A stretch of DNA of 64,000 bases from Patescibacteria group bacterium. GTDB lineage: Bacteria > Patescibacteriota > Minisyncoccia > Moranbacterales > UBA2206. The notes below the pieces were generated by a model that worked only from the letters and a program-made list of their open reading frames with translations, was not told where the DNA came from and searched no databases. Location: positions 17,441-81,440 of the forward strand of contig JAKLFF010000002.1 of assembly GCA_022711335.1 (NCBI GenBank). Direction: 5' to 3'. The translations under genes were made by a program, and so were the position numbers. Below are positions 1 through 9,411 of the stretch, piece after piece (position 1 is the first letter of the stretch; every line of letters begins with the position of its first letter).

Positions 1-80
1 TTGATAATTGTAAATTTTTTGTAAATTGTGAATTTGTAAATTGAAAATTACTGTTCTATTATACCACAAAAAACTTCCAA

Positions 81-112
81 AAAAAACAAAAAAAACTGCC
101 CCAAAGGGGCAG
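81..112 (-). terminator. rho-independent terminator downstream of CDS 167..574
   Basis: On the minus strand the hairpin CTGCCCC-TTT-GGGGCAG (plus 96..112) is followed by a T-run (plus A-run 81..95). Confidence 0.55.
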
Positions 113-166
113 AAATGAAACCTTAAAAAACCTTATTCTTATAATTTTTCACTTTTAACCCGGAAA

Positions 167-574
167 TCAGATTGCTCTTATTTCAACTCCGAGTTTTTCC
201 TTAAAAATCTGCTTCATCTGCCTTACTTCTTCCTTCATAATTACAAACTCCTGCTTAAAATCCTCCTGAGCCTTAACATAGCCGTCAATTAAAGCCTGAA
301 TGTTATCAATCTTTTTTCCAAGATTTGATTCTATTTCTTCCAATCTTTCATCGATCTCTGAAAATCTCTCATTGACCCCTGAAAATCTTTCATCGATCTC
401 TGAAAATCTCTCATTGACCCCTGAAAATCTTTCATTGATCTCAGCTTTGTGTTTTCCGAACATTTCATCTACTGCAGAAATAATAACCTTCGCCTGCTCG
501 CCAAGCTGTTCCTCAAGATATCCTTTGGTCACATATTCATTTTTTACATTCTTGTCTTTCTCTTCCATAAGCAT
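167..574 (-). CDS. hypothetical coiled-coil protein with internal 14-aa tandem repeats (ERFSGVNERFSEID)
   Basis: 135-aa ORF with charged heptad-like composition. It contains a 42-bp DNA tandem repeat. Confidence 0.5.
   Translation of the reverse strand: MLMEEKDKNVKNEYVTKGYLEEQLGEQAKVIISAVDEMFGKHKAEINERFSGVNERFSEIDERFSGVNERFSEIDERLEEIESNLGKKIDNIQALIDGYVKAQEDFKQEFVIMKEEVRQMKQIFKEKLGVEIRAI
349..445. repeat. 42-bp tandem repeat (about 2.3 units) inside CDS 167..574
   Basis: The unit catcgatctctgaaaatctctcattgacccctgaaaatcttt occurs at 349..390 and 391..432, then a partial unit. Confidence 0.9.
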
Positions 575-613
575 ATTTTAACAAAAAACCAAAAATGAAT
601 CAATCTTCTTAAC

Positions 614-937
614 TCAGCTGATTTTTCCCAATTCTTCCTTTAAACTTTCTTTGCTCTGCACTCCCATAAATTCTTTCACCACCTGTCCGTCCTTAAAAAT
701 TTTTATGCTGGGAATAGACATAATCCCGTATTTCTCAGATGTCGCGTGATTTTCATCCACATTCATTTTGCCTATTTTTATCTTTTCTCCCATTTCCTTG
801 GCCAGTTCTTCTATGATAGGAATCATGACCTGGCATGGTCCGCACCAGGGCGCCCAGAAATCAACCAGCACGGGTTTTTCTGATTTCAATACTTCCTGCT
901 CAAAATTGTCGTCGGTAAAAATTTGCTCCATGTTCAT
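614..937 (-). CDS. trxA: thioredoxin
   Basis: 107 aa with a WCGPC active-site motif, thioredoxin fold length and layout. Confidence 0.9.
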   Translation of the reverse strand: MNMEQIFTDDNFEQEVLKSEKPVLVDFWAPWCGPCQVMIPIIEELAKEMGEKIKIGKMNVDENHATSEKYGIMSIPSIKIFKDGQVVKEFMGVQSKESLKEELGKIS

Positions 938-954
938 AGCAATTCACAATTTAC

Positions 955-1060
955 AATGATCAATTTACAATAAATTTACAATAACCAAGCAAATGTAAAT
1001 TGAAAATTGATGCTTGAAAATTTATTGAAAATTGTAAATTGGTAATTGATAATTAATTTT
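955..1060. repeat. AT-rich aatttacaat / ttgaaaatt / ttgataatt repeat block (intergenic trxA-uppS)
   Basis: Direct and inverted short repeats. The same word family occurs at 1..55 and forms the body of the 23S IVS copies at 33306..33497 and 34685..34876. Confidence 0.7.
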
Positions 1061-1061
1061 A

Positions 1062-1775
1062 TTATCCCCCGAATCTTCTCTGCCTCCTCGCGTATTCCTC
1101 CAGCGCTTCTTCGTATTTTTCCTCCGTGAAATCGGGAAAAAGTTCCGGAGAAAAATAATACTGGGCGTCGGCAATGTCCCACATCATAAAGCCGGTTGAA
1201 TTGTGCGGCTCGCCTCCGGTGCGAACCAGATAATCAACAGCCGGAATCTTGGCTGTCATCAGATTTTCTTTCAAAATTTCTGGAGTGATTTTTGTCCCTT
1301 CGCCATATTTTTCGTTTATTCTCCGGACTGCTTCCAAAATTTCATCCGTTCCGCTGTAAGCCAGCATGAAATTGAGCACCTTCTTCTTATACTGCTTTGT
1401 CTTTTCAATTATTTCATAAAGCAGGCTTTTCAGAGCTTCCGGGAACTGCTCCTCCCAGCGGCCGATTATGTTGACTTTGACCTCATTTTCATAAATTTCC
1501 TTTCCATTGAGCAGCCGTTCGAAATATCGCCTGTAAATATCAAGAAGCGCCCTTTTTTCGCTAATTGGACGCTTGGTAAGATTGTCCGTTGAAGATCCCC
1601 ATATAGACAGGCAGTTAATCCCCTTTTTCAGGGAATATTCAATCAGCTTTTCAAAATTTTGCGCTCCAGCTTCGTGCCCCTCCCACGGCTTCATCCCTTT
1701 TCCCCTCGCCCACCTCCGGTTGCCGTCAGGAATAATAGCGACGTGATTGGGAATATTGGTAGGTTCTTTTTCCAT
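1062..1775 (-). CDS. uppS: undecaprenyl diphosphate synthase (isoprenyl transferase)
   Basis: Contains HVAIIPDGNRRWA, typical of cis-prenyltransferases; 237 aa. Confidence 0.9.
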   Translation of the reverse strand: MEKEPTNIPNHVAIIPDGNRRWARGKGMKPWEGHEAGAQNFEKLIEYSLKKGINCLSIWGSSTDNLTKRPISEKRALLDIYRRYFERLLNGKEIYENEVKVNIIGRWEEQFPEALKSLLYEIIEKTKQYKKKVLNFMLAYSGTDEILEAVRRINEKYGEGTKITPEILKENLMTAKIPAVDYLVRTGGEPHNSTGFMMWDIADAQYYFSPELFPDFTEEKYEEALEEYARRQRRFGG

Positions 1776-1779
1776 AACT

Positions 1780-1900
1780 AAAATAGAATTTTGAATTTAG
1801 TATTTAGAATTCTGAATGAGAATCAAGAATAAAGAATCTGGAATTCCTATATTCAAAATTCCATATTCCCATTCTAAATTCCAAATTCACAATTCTAAAT
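1780..1900. repeat. about 115-bp AT-rich palindromic element, copy 1 of 2 (partner 45690..45800)
   Basis: Shared strings gaatttagtatt...gaatgagaat...ttcccattctaaattccaaat...ctaaattc with internal inverted repeats. Lies immediately 5' of uppS. Confidence 0.6.
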
Positions 1901-2312
1901 TCTTTTTTTGTAATTTCGATGATTTAAAAACCTCCGGCCGATACGCCTTCAGCCTTTTTATTTTAACATCTCCCATGCCAAACGCCAAAAGTTTTTCTTC
2001 GAGCTTATCCACAAAGGCCGCCTGGTCATATCCGAGGCAGATGGCATCAGGCTTCACCTTTTTTATAACTTCGTATTTGTCTCTCAAGTTTCCCAAAATA
2101 ATTCTATCTGCCAATTCGGATTTTTTAATCCCCTTCAGTCTATCTTCTTCTTTGTTTCTTGGCAACCGCCCTTTCACATTCCAAACGGTTTTATCCCGGG
2201 CGACAACCACAATCAAATATTCTCCATGCTTTCTGGCCTGGCGCAAAAAACTTTCATGCCCTTTATGGAAAATATCAAATGTCCCGAAAACCAAAACCCT
2301 CTTATATTCCAT
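1887..2312 (-). CDS. cytidylyltransferase-like nucleotidyltransferase (TagD / FAD-synthase-like)
   Basis: VLVFGTFDIFHKGHESFL nucleotidyltransferase motif (HxGH); 141 aa. Confidence 0.65.
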   Translation of the reverse strand: MEYKRVLVFGTFDIFHKGHESFLRQARKHGEYLIVVVARDKTVWNVKGRLPRNKEEDRLKGIKKSELADRIILGNLRDKYEVIKKVKPDAICLGYDQAAFVDKLEEKLLAFGMGDVKIKRLKAYRPEVFKSSKLQKKNLEL

Positions 2313-2324
2313 GTTATTTCGGTA

Positions 2325-2460
2325 TCCCTCTCTCCCTCTGGGAGAGATGTCCCCGCCTTGGCGGAGACAGAGAGGGCTTTTTGTAAAATGACGCTGAACC
2401 TAACAAAGCTCCCTCTCCTGTCATGAATACATGACATCCTCTCCCGAAGGGAGAGGAGGG
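2325..2460. repeat. two adjacent degenerate GC-rich palindromic elements (CCCTCTCCC...GGGAGAGGG family)
   Basis: ccctctctccctctgggagag...cggagacagagaggg at 2325..2386 and ctccctctcctgtcatg...catgacatcctctcccgaagggagaggaggg at 2410..2460. Confidence 0.7.
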
Positions 2461-2472
2461 AATTTTAATGGT

Positions 2473-3546
2473 TCATACATTCCTCTCTGCCATATACCTT
2501 GCTATCCCTTCAAAAAAAGTCTTCGCTTCTTCGTTCTTTAAATTAATTTTTGACAAAGCCTCGAGCGACTGGGAAACGAATTTTTCCGCCAGTTTTTGCG
2601 AATATTCCAATGATCCGGTTTCCTCCACTATTTTTCGAAATTCCCACAGTTCGCTTTTTTTCAAGTCCCTTTTTCCCAGATATTTTTTGACGGCATTTTT
2701 TTGTTCGCGGCTTCCCCGCTCGAGGGCTTTTATGGCAAGAAGGGTCTGCTTGCCTTCGATCACATCCGACCCCACCGGCTTGCCCAGCTTTTTTTCATCG
2801 CCGAAAACGCCCAAGATATCGTCCCTGATCTGGAAAGCCTTTCCGAGCGGCATGGCATATCGGCTAAAATTCCTAAAAATATTCTCATCGCACACTCCCG
2901 CCAAAACTGCGCCCAGATGGAGCGGCCCCTCGAAAGAATAGCTCGAAGTTTTTCCCTCGTGCATTTTGAGAATTTCTTTCTCTGTCGCATGTCCTCGAAA
3001 TTCCAAAACGACATCCAGCATCTCTCCCGGAACAATCGTATAAACAATCTCCTGAAGCTTGACAAGCGCCTGAATTATTATTTCCGGCGGAAAATCACTG
3101 GTAAAAATAAGCTGGTTGGCCATAGCCGCCGCCATGTCGCCGGAAAGCATTGCCATAGAATTTCCGAAATGATCCGCTTCTTTTCCTTTGGCCAGCTTTT
3201 TTCCAATTTTTTTATATTTTTCGTGAATCGTCGCTATTCCGTGCCTTTTTTCATCCTTATCGATAATATCGTCATGGATAAGGAGAAAGGAATGCGTCAA
3301 TTCCATGCTTGCAGAAGCCCTGACAATTTCATCGCTATCTTTTCCCCCCATTGCGAGATAGCCGTAGTAGATGAACGCCGGACGGATTCTTTTTCCGCTC
3401 GCCGTCGTAAAATCAGCAATCATTTTGACCGCTTCTTTGGCAAGAGGTCCGGACGCGCCGGCTTCTTTTATTTTCTTCCGGAAATATTCTTTCAAAAACG
3501 CATCCAGCCGCTTTTTGTAATTTTTGAGAAGTTCCGTCGCTTCCAT
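2473..3546 (-). CDS. polyprenyl (geranylgeranyl/farnesyl) diphosphate synthase
   Basis: Both aspartate-rich motifs are present (LIHDDIIDKD and FQIRDDILG). The start is trimmed to MEATELL, because the longer ORF would run into the tRNA-Glu. Confidence 0.85.
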   Translation of the reverse strand: MEATELLKNYKKRLDAFLKEYFRKKIKEAGASGPLAKEAVKMIADFTTASGKRIRPAFIYYGYLAMGGKDSDEIVRASASMELTHSFLLIHDDIIDKDEKRHGIATIHEKYKKIGKKLAKGKEADHFGNSMAMLSGDMAAAMANQLIFTSDFPPEIIIQALVKLQEIVYTIVPGEMLDVVLEFRGHATEKEILKMHEGKTSSYSFEGPLHLGAVLAGVCDENIFRNFSRYAMPLGKAFQIRDDILGVFGDEKKLGKPVGSDVIEGKQTLLAIKALERGSREQKNAVKKYLGKRDLKKSELWEFRKIVEETGSLEYSQKLAEKFVSQSLEALSKINLKNEEAKTFFEGIARYMAERNV

Positions 3547-3566
3547 AATTTCACTTTTACTTTTAG

Positions 3567-3638
3567 TACCGAGTACGGGAATCGGACCCGTGTTGCGAGA
3601 ATGAGAATCTCGTGTCCTAGCCACTAGACGAACTCGGC
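3567..3638 (-). tRNA. tRNA-Glu (anticodon CTC)
   Basis: Cloverleaf folded by hand: acceptor GCCGAGT/ACTCGGT, D-arm TTCGTCTAGTGGCTAGGACAC (a tRNA-Glu signature), anticodon loop TTCTCAT, T-arm ACGGGTCCGATTCCCGT. CCA is not encoded. Confidence 0.75.
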
Positions 3639-3753
3639 ACACCTTAATCTATGTCTCAATTTAACAGTTTTTTTCTGTTTTATCAAGGATTGTCCCAAAC
3701 AGGCAAAACGTCTTTTACATCTGCCGGTTTACTGCTATAATTAAATCATAAGA

Positions 3754-6186
3754 GTGCGAAAACAGGCCATGTCCAAAAAGAAAAATGATAAAAAAATTCC
3801 GATCCTTGAGCCAAAGTTCAAGGATGTTTTGGCGTGTCGAGATGCCAAAATGAAGCCTTTTATTGAAATATTTATTTCAGAGCCGGAAAATGTCTACCAG
3901 GAAAATCTGGGTACAATTGCCGGAATTTTTGAAATTACTGATTTTTCCGAAGATTCTTCCTATATAGTCAATTATCTGGTTTCTATAATAAAAAAGGAAT
4001 ATTTTTCCCGGCCCAAAAGAGGAGCGGTAGAAAGTTTCGAAGCCGCGCTTCACAAGGCCAACTTGGCTCTTTCCAGGCTGGCTTCGCACGGAAGCGTAAG
4101 CTGGATAGGAAATATAAACGCCATCTGCGCTGTTTTTGAAAAAAATAATCTGCATGTTTCCCAAACCGGTTCTGCCTGCATGCTTCTTCTCCGGTCAGGA
4201 ATGCTCACTAATATAAGCGGGAGCGGAAAAGATGCGCAAGATACCAATCCGCTCAAAACTTTCCAGGATCTCATTTCTGGAAGAGTGGAAAAGGATGATA
4301 AGCTGATTGCGGCTACTTCTGAAATTTTCGAAATATTTTCCATGGAAGAAATAAAAAAAAGCGCTCTTAAATTTTCCAAGAAAAATTTTGCCCAGTTTCT
4401 AAACACCGCGCTTGTCAATGAGCTGGAAAGAGCCGCCGCGCTTGTCATTGATATTTCCGAAAAAGAAGAACTCGAAGTTCAGACTCCGCCGAAAATATCA
4501 TCTGTTAATGCTTTCAGCCAAGCCGCTTTTCAAAAATCCGCTCCCCCTGCGGCAGTCAAAAAAACACAGGAAGAAAAAAAAGAAATAATTGAAGAAATCA
4601 AGGAGGAATTCCAAAAAACAAAAGATGGGTTCGTCGACCAGAAAACCGGGCATATCTACATAAAAGACGGCGATATCTCCCTTGAGAGCCAAACGGAAAA
4701 AACGGAATATTTTTCGTTTCCCCGGGAAAAAATAGCCCGCGGAACATCCGGGTTTTTTGCGTCCTTGAAAAAAGCCGCAAAAACAGGACTGTCCAAAATG
4801 AAATTTGGAAAGCGCCCCGAAGCCCTTGAAGAAAAAATTGCCGCATCTCTTGCCGCTGAAGAAAAGCCATATCCCGATCAGTCAAAAATCATAATCAAAG
4901 AGGAAAAAATCCCGCCCAGCCGGAAATTTATGTCCGCGCTCGAAAAAGCGCTTGCGCTTCTAAGATCCGTTTTTCTTTCAATAAAAATTTTTCTGGCCTC
5001 AAAAATACTTTTTCCTTCCTTTTGTTTTCTCCGCAATCTTTGGGGGAAAATCATCCAAAAATATAAATCAAGAAAAGAAGCTTCGCGCGTTTCCGTTTCC
5101 GTTTCCGCTGAAATGCCCGAAGAAAATAAATTTGAAAAATTTCCGGATGAAAAAAATAAGCTTCAGGAATTTTGGAGCCAGCCGGCGCAAAAAAAATCCG
5201 CTTTCAGGGATAATTTAGCCGCTTTTCCGGGCCGCTTGATGCCCAGTTTTTCCAGGACAAAAAATATCCTTCAAAGCCTTTCCTTCCGCCAGAAAATTTA
5301 CGCGCTTGCTTTCGCAGCGGCGATTTTGATAATTCCATATTTCATAGCCAAATATGGAAAAGAAGAACCGAAAGAAATCACAGTTCCCCAAGAAGAGCAG
5401 CTCTCCGCCATTCCTCTTGAGCAGGATATCAATGTGAAAAGAATAGGAAATCTGGCCGGCATTTATCAAGGAGAAAATATCCTGTCTCCGGTTAGCATTA
5501 ACGGAAAAAATTTCGCAGCCGGAAAAGACAAAATAATTTCGCTTTCAGATAGCAAGGAATATCCCTTGCCTTCGGAATTTCAAAACGCAGATTTGATTTC
5601 ACAGATGGATGATCTGAATTTTATTTTTATCATTAAGGACAAAAAAATTGCCGCTTTCAGCGCCACAGCCGGAAAATTTCAGAATAACAATATCTCCATT
5701 CCCGATGGATCTGACATTATTTCAGCCCGATCGTATCTGACTTATCTTTATCTTCTCGACGTAAAAAACAGCCAGATTTACCGCTATCCCCGCGCCGAAG
5801 GCGGGTTCGGCGAAAAAACCGACTGGCTGAAAGATACGGTTGATTTCACAAGCGCCAAAGACATGGCTATAAACGACAATGTTTATGTCACTGACGGAAA
5901 AAGCGTTTATAAATTTTTCCGAGGCAAAAAGCAGGATTATGCTCCTGAAGAAACCGCCACGCCTGTTATCTTCGACAAGCTCTACACTAAGCCGGATTGG
6001 GAAAATCTTTATGTTTTAGACAAAGTTAATTCAAGAATTTTGAAGCTTGACAAAGACGGAAAAATAATCGCGCAGTATTATAACAGCGAGATTGGCAATG
6101 CCAACGATTTCGCAGTGGATGAAGAAAATAATGTGGTTTATGTTTCAAGTGAAAATAGTGTAAAAAGTTTCAACATTGAAATATAG
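3754..6186 (+). CDS. hypothetical membrane protein, 810 aa, one predicted transmembrane segment, family unknown
   Basis: Long ORF with a single hydrophobic segment (IYALAFAAAILIIPYFIAKY). The C-terminal third contains repeated YV.DGKS-like beta-strand-like motifs. Confidence 0.5.
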   Translation: MRKQAMSKKKNDKKIPILEPKFKDVLACRDAKMKPFIEIFISEPENVYQENLGTIAGIFEITDFSEDSSYIVNYLVSIIKKEYFSRPKRGAVESFEAALHKANLALSRLASHGSVSWIGNINAICAVFEKNNLHVSQTGSACMLLLRSGMLTNISGSGKDAQDTNPLKTFQDLISGRVEKDDKLIAATSEIFEIFSMEEIKKSALKFSKKNFAQFLNTALVNELERAAALVIDISEKEELEVQTPPKISSVNAFSQAAFQKSAPPAAVKKTQEEKKEIIEEIKEEFQKTKDGFVDQKTGHIYIKDGDISLESQTEKTEYFSFPREKIARGTSGFFASLKKAAKTGLSKMKFGKRPEALEEKIAASLAAEEKPYPDQSKIIIKEEKIPPSRKFMSALEKALALLRSVFLSIKIFLASKILFPSFCFLRNLWGKIIQKYKSRKEASRVSVSVSAEMPEENKFEKFPDEKNKLQEFWSQPAQKKSAFRDNLAAFPGRLMPSFSRTKNILQSLSFRQKIYALAFAAAILIIPYFIAKYGKEEPKEITVPQEEQLSAIPLEQDINVKRIGNLAGIYQGENILSPVSINGKNFAAGKDKIISLSDSKEYPLPSEFQNADLISQMDDLNFIFIIKDKKIAAFSATAGKFQNNNISIPDGSDIISARSYLTYLYLLDVKNSQIYRYPRAEGGFGEKTDWLKDTVDFTSAKDMAINDNVYVTDGKSVYKFFRGKKQDYAPEETATPVIFDKLYTKPDWENLYVLDKVNSRILKLDKDGKIIAQYYNSEIGNANDFAVDEENNVVYVSSENSVKSFNIEI

Positions 6187-6215
6187 GAAAGTTTAAGTAG
6201 AAAACGACAAAAAAA

Positions 6216-6240
6216 CCTTGCAACTGCAAGGGCTTTTTTA
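6216..6240 (+). terminator. rho-independent terminator after 3754..6186
   Basis: Hairpin CCTTGCA-ACT-GCAAGGG followed by TTTTTT. Confidence 0.6.
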
Positions 6241-6255
6241 TTTTATAAATCATTT

Positions 6256-6300
6256 CCCCTTCCCCCTTAGGGGGAAGGTGGCCGTAGGCCGGATGAGGGA
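6256..6300. repeat. GC-rich palindromic element (intergenic copy)
   Basis: ccccttcccccttagggggaaggtggccgtaggccggatgaggga, which matches the family consensus CCCCTCTCCCTTTGGGAGAGGGTGCCCGAAGGGCGGATGAGGGA. Confidence 0.8.
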
Positions 6301-6315
6301 AAAAGCTTAAATAAA

Positions 6316-6699
6316 TTATTCTATCTTTAAAAATACTCCGACTAAATTATTGTTTATTTCATTATTCCAAAATCTAATTACTTTAAATCCCTGTCTTTCC
6401 AGATATTTAGTTCTTTCTTCATCATATCTTTCCCAATTTTCTTCTTTATGCTGCCAACCATCCAGTTCGATAATTAACTTTTTTTCCAAACATATGAAAT
6501 CAACAATATAATTTCCTATCAAATATTGCCTTCTAAATTTTAAATCTCTAAATCCTTTGGATCTAATCCTTGACCAAAGGATTATTTCCTGAGGTGTAGA
6601 ATCTTTTCTTAGTTTTCTGTTTCTTTGCAAGGTTTGTGCTGCTAATCTTGTTTTTATCTTTATCATTACTTCCTTCCCTCTCCTGTCCCTTTGGGACAT
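6316..6699 (-). CDS. DUF559 (Vsr-like) endonuclease domain protein
   Basis: DFICLEKKLIIELDGWQH...VIRFWNNEI matches the DUF559/very-short-patch-repair endonuclease fold. The N-terminal extension to 6747 is coded by a GC-rich repeat and is probably spurious. Confidence 0.75.
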   Translation of the reverse strand: MSQRDRRGKEVMIKIKTRLAAQTLQRNRKLRKDSTPQEIILWSRIRSKGFRDLKFRRQYLIGNYIVDFICLEKKLIIELDGWQHKEENWERYDEERTKYLERQGFKVIRFWNNEINNNLVGVFLKIE

Positions 6700-6723
6700 C
6701 CTCTCCCTAAGGGAGAGGGGGGA
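6675..6723. repeat. GC-rich palindromic element (between the ATPase stop and the DUF559 start)
   Basis: tccctctcctgtccctttgggacatcctctccctaagggagaggggggaat, the same subtype as the copy at 2410..2460. Confidence 0.75.
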
Positions 6724-6739
6724 ATATTTTTTTACTTTT

Positions 6740-9259
6740 TTACGCAATACTATTCACTTTCATCTTCGTTCTCTCCATAATCTCCCGACTCACAACGCTT
6801 TTGTCCCGGCCGTATTTCAAGCGGGAAAGCTCTTTGAAGGCATTGGCCGCTTCCTGATTGCCTTTTGTCGGAGGATAAAAAGAAATGTTAAAAGGTTTCG
6901 AAAGGAGATCATTTATAAGTATCTTTGCAAAACCTCTATAATTGTCAACGTTTATAAGATCCTGCTTGGAAAAAACCGGCGCGAACTGCTTTTCCATAAA
7001 TTCGGCGTCTTCCGCTCCCACACGCATCACTACCATCGATCCGACATTGCCAAACACCGCCTTGGAAATTTCTTCCTTGAGCTGGGCGATGAACTGATGG
7101 GCAATGATGAGGCATAATTTGTATTTCCTGGCTTCGGAAAGAATCTGCGCGATGGAATTGGTCGTCACATTCTGGAATTCATCCATATACAGATAAAAAT
7201 CCACTCTCTGATCCTCCGGCGTATCCACCCGGCTCATGGCGTTCATGAGAATCTTTCCAACCACCACCATCCCGAGAAGCCGCGCGTTGATTTCTCCTAT
7301 TTTTCCTTTAGAAAGATTAACCAGCAGAATTTTTTTATTGTCCATGATATCGCGGAAATTGATGGTGCTTTTCTGTTGGGCGATTATCGGCCGCATCATA
7401 TCATTGGAAATAAAAGTAGTAAGCTTGGAAGTGATATAGGGAACCATATTCGCCAAAGCCGCTTCTCCTCCGGCCTTTTCCGCTTCCTTGGTCCAAAAAT
7501 CAACCACAGTCGGATTTTTGCACCGGGAAATTTTCATCGCCCGAAAACTTTCATCTGACAGGACTTTGGGAATTTCCATGAGCGTATTTCCCGAATCCGG
7601 ATCTTCCATGATAAGCAACATGGCGTTTCGCATATATTGCTCAAACATCGGTCCGCCGGTTGATTTCAAATCGTATAATTGGTCGAAAATTCCGATAAGC
7701 TCGTTTATCACAAAAGTTTTTTGTTCCGGACGCGCCGGATCATATTCCATCATGTTAAGCCCGAAGGGTCTTTCAATATCTGCAGGATCAAAGATAATGA
7801 CATCTTCCGCCCGCTCTTTGGGAATTGCCGTCAGAATATCTTCGATAGCATCTCCGTGCGGATCGATAAAACAAAAACCGTTGCCGTTTTTCGCGTCCTG
7901 CTTGGCCATCTCCTGCAAAAAATTAGACTTTCCGGTTCCGGTCTGTCCAATGGTATAAAGGTGCCTCCGGCGATCTTTTTCCGCAATTTTTATGACTGTT
8001 TTGGCACCCCTATATTCATTGAAACCTAAAATTATGCCTTCTTGCGGGATATCGAGAGGCGGCGAAGCGGCGTTGGATTTCAGCCATTTGATTTTCGGCG
8101 TTTCGGTCGTGGAAATAGGCAGATGGAAGACGGAGGCAATTTCCTCGTTGTTGAGAATAATGGATTCATCGTCGCGGAAATTGCGGAAAATAAAGTCATA
8201 AGCGATGTCTTTCTTTTTCACTCTTTTTTTCACCTGGAAGCAATTAATGTCGCCGTTTTCAAACTGCGAAAAGGAATTCTCCAACTGGCCCAGAATTTCT
8301 TTGGCCCTTTCTCCGCTGCCAGCGGAAGCAATCAGGCGAATGTTGACATGGAAGCCGGTTTTGGAAGATTTATTTTCAATGCTTTTCACCAATTCCTGCT
8401 CCTCGGGAGTAAGCTGTACCGGCTTGGGTTCATTGTTTAGCTGGTTGTTTTTCGGAGATGACATAGCGGAATATAGCGCGTCCCCCATCCCTTTTCCGGC
8501 TTTCGAAATAATTGACCTGTCTGCATCTTTCAGTCTCTTTCCCTGCTGCATTTCGTGGGCGATTTTTTTGCCCTTCACTCTCCAGTGCGTCCCGGCCGGA
8601 CGCATAACCAGCTGGATAGCCGCGCCTTCTTTTTTAGTTTCCAGCTTGCTAAGCGCATTGGTTATAGCATTTAGCGGGTCAACTTCCAGATTTTCATAAG
8701 TCTTCACCGGAAGCGTATATTTATTTTTGATCTTAAGCACTGAAGCCTCAGTAAAACTCCCCGGCGAAAAAATAGTATAATCTTCCGATCTTTCCAGAAC
8801 CGCGTTAGGGAAAAAACTGTGCACCTGCTTCTCAATCGATTCCCGGAATTTTTTGGGAATGGCCATGAAAAAAACGATTTCTTCTGAATTTGAAGAGTTG
8901 GCAATTTCAAAACTGATCGCCGGCCTTCCCCAAAGTATTTGTTTGAGCATGCTTTTTGTATCTTTCAATGAAGAAAGCGCAGTGAACAGCTGTTCCATCG
9001 CTCCGATTTCTTCTTTCCAAATTTCATTCATTTTCTTTCCCTGCGTCTGCTGCTCCGGTTTTTCCGTCTTAGAAACCCGGATGATTTCCAAATCCATGTT
9101 CATCGACTGGTTTATCTCGCTGCGAAAACCAAAAAAACTTCCGGCGACCATAAAAGCGCCGGCAATCAAAGCGAAAGTTCCGGAAACCAAAGAGAGGATT
9201 ATTAGGATTGAGTTGAGATCAGGGTTTGGCATAAAAAATTTCCAATATCTAATATCCAA
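6740..9259 (-). CDS. membrane-anchored TraG/TraD/VirD4-like (type IV coupling protein family) ATPase
   Basis: N-terminal transmembrane helix; Walker A motif GQTGTGKS followed by DPHGD; Walker B YLYMDEF; C-terminal AHQFIAQL (the Q-x-x-QL motif of TrwB/TraD-family ATPases); 839 aa. Confidence 0.55.
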   Translation of the reverse strand: MDIRYWKFFMPNPDLNSILIILSLVSGTFALIAGAFMVAGSFFGFRSEINQSMNMDLEIIRVSKTEKPEQQTQGKKMNEIWKEEIGAMEQLFTALSSLKDTKSMLKQILWGRPAISFEIANSSNSEEIVFFMAIPKKFRESIEKQVHSFFPNAVLERSEDYTIFSPGSFTEASVLKIKNKYTLPVKTYENLEVDPLNAITNALSKLETKKEGAAIQLVMRPAGTHWRVKGKKIAHEMQQGKRLKDADRSIISKAGKGMGDALYSAMSSPKNNQLNNEPKPVQLTPEEQELVKSIENKSSKTGFHVNIRLIASAGSGERAKEILGQLENSFSQFENGDINCFQVKKRVKKKDIAYDFIFRNFRDDESIILNNEEIASVFHLPISTTETPKIKWLKSNAASPPLDIPQEGIILGFNEYRGAKTVIKIAEKDRRRHLYTIGQTGTGKSNFLQEMAKQDAKNGNGFCFIDPHGDAIEDILTAIPKERAEDVIIFDPADIERPFGLNMMEYDPARPEQKTFVINELIGIFDQLYDLKSTGGPMFEQYMRNAMLLIMEDPDSGNTLMEIPKVLSDESFRAMKISRCKNPTVVDFWTKEAEKAGGEAALANMVPYITSKLTTFISNDMMRPIIAQQKSTINFRDIMDNKKILLVNLSKGKIGEINARLLGMVVVGKILMNAMSRVDTPEDQRVDFYLYMDEFQNVTTNSIAQILSEARKYKLCLIIAHQFIAQLKEEISKAVFGNVGSMVVMRVGAEDAEFMEKQFAPVFSKQDLINVDNYRGFAKILINDLLSKPFNISFYPPTKGNQEAANAFKELSRLKYGRDKSVVSREIMERTKMKVNSIA

Positions 9260-9411
9260 TTTCCAATAAAAACCCCAATTCCCAAATTATTCTTGTATCT
9301 TTGGACATTTTTAATTGGACATTTTATTGGAAATTGGTAATTGGTAATTTGAGGACTTTCTTTTTTAAATAAAACTACACAAAAAAAATTGAATGCAACT
9401 TTAATAAAGCG

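Noticed and set aside
300-581. Plus-strand ORF (93 aa) antisense to CDS 167..574
   Set aside because: It is an artefact of the 42-bp tandem repeat. Its low-complexity SISENLSLTPENL repeats mirror the sense-strand repeat, and the minus-strand ORF has the coherent coiled-coil sequence and a downstream terminator.
2701-3627. 308-aa plus-strand ORF
   Set aside because: It is entirely antisense to the polyprenyl synthetase gene, which has both DDxxD motifs, and it has no motifs of its own.
6699-6747. N-terminal 16-aa extension of the DUF559 ORF, which overlaps the ATPase stop
   Set aside because: The extension is encoded by the GC-rich palindromic element (SPLSLRER). The start was moved to the downstream ATG at 6699.
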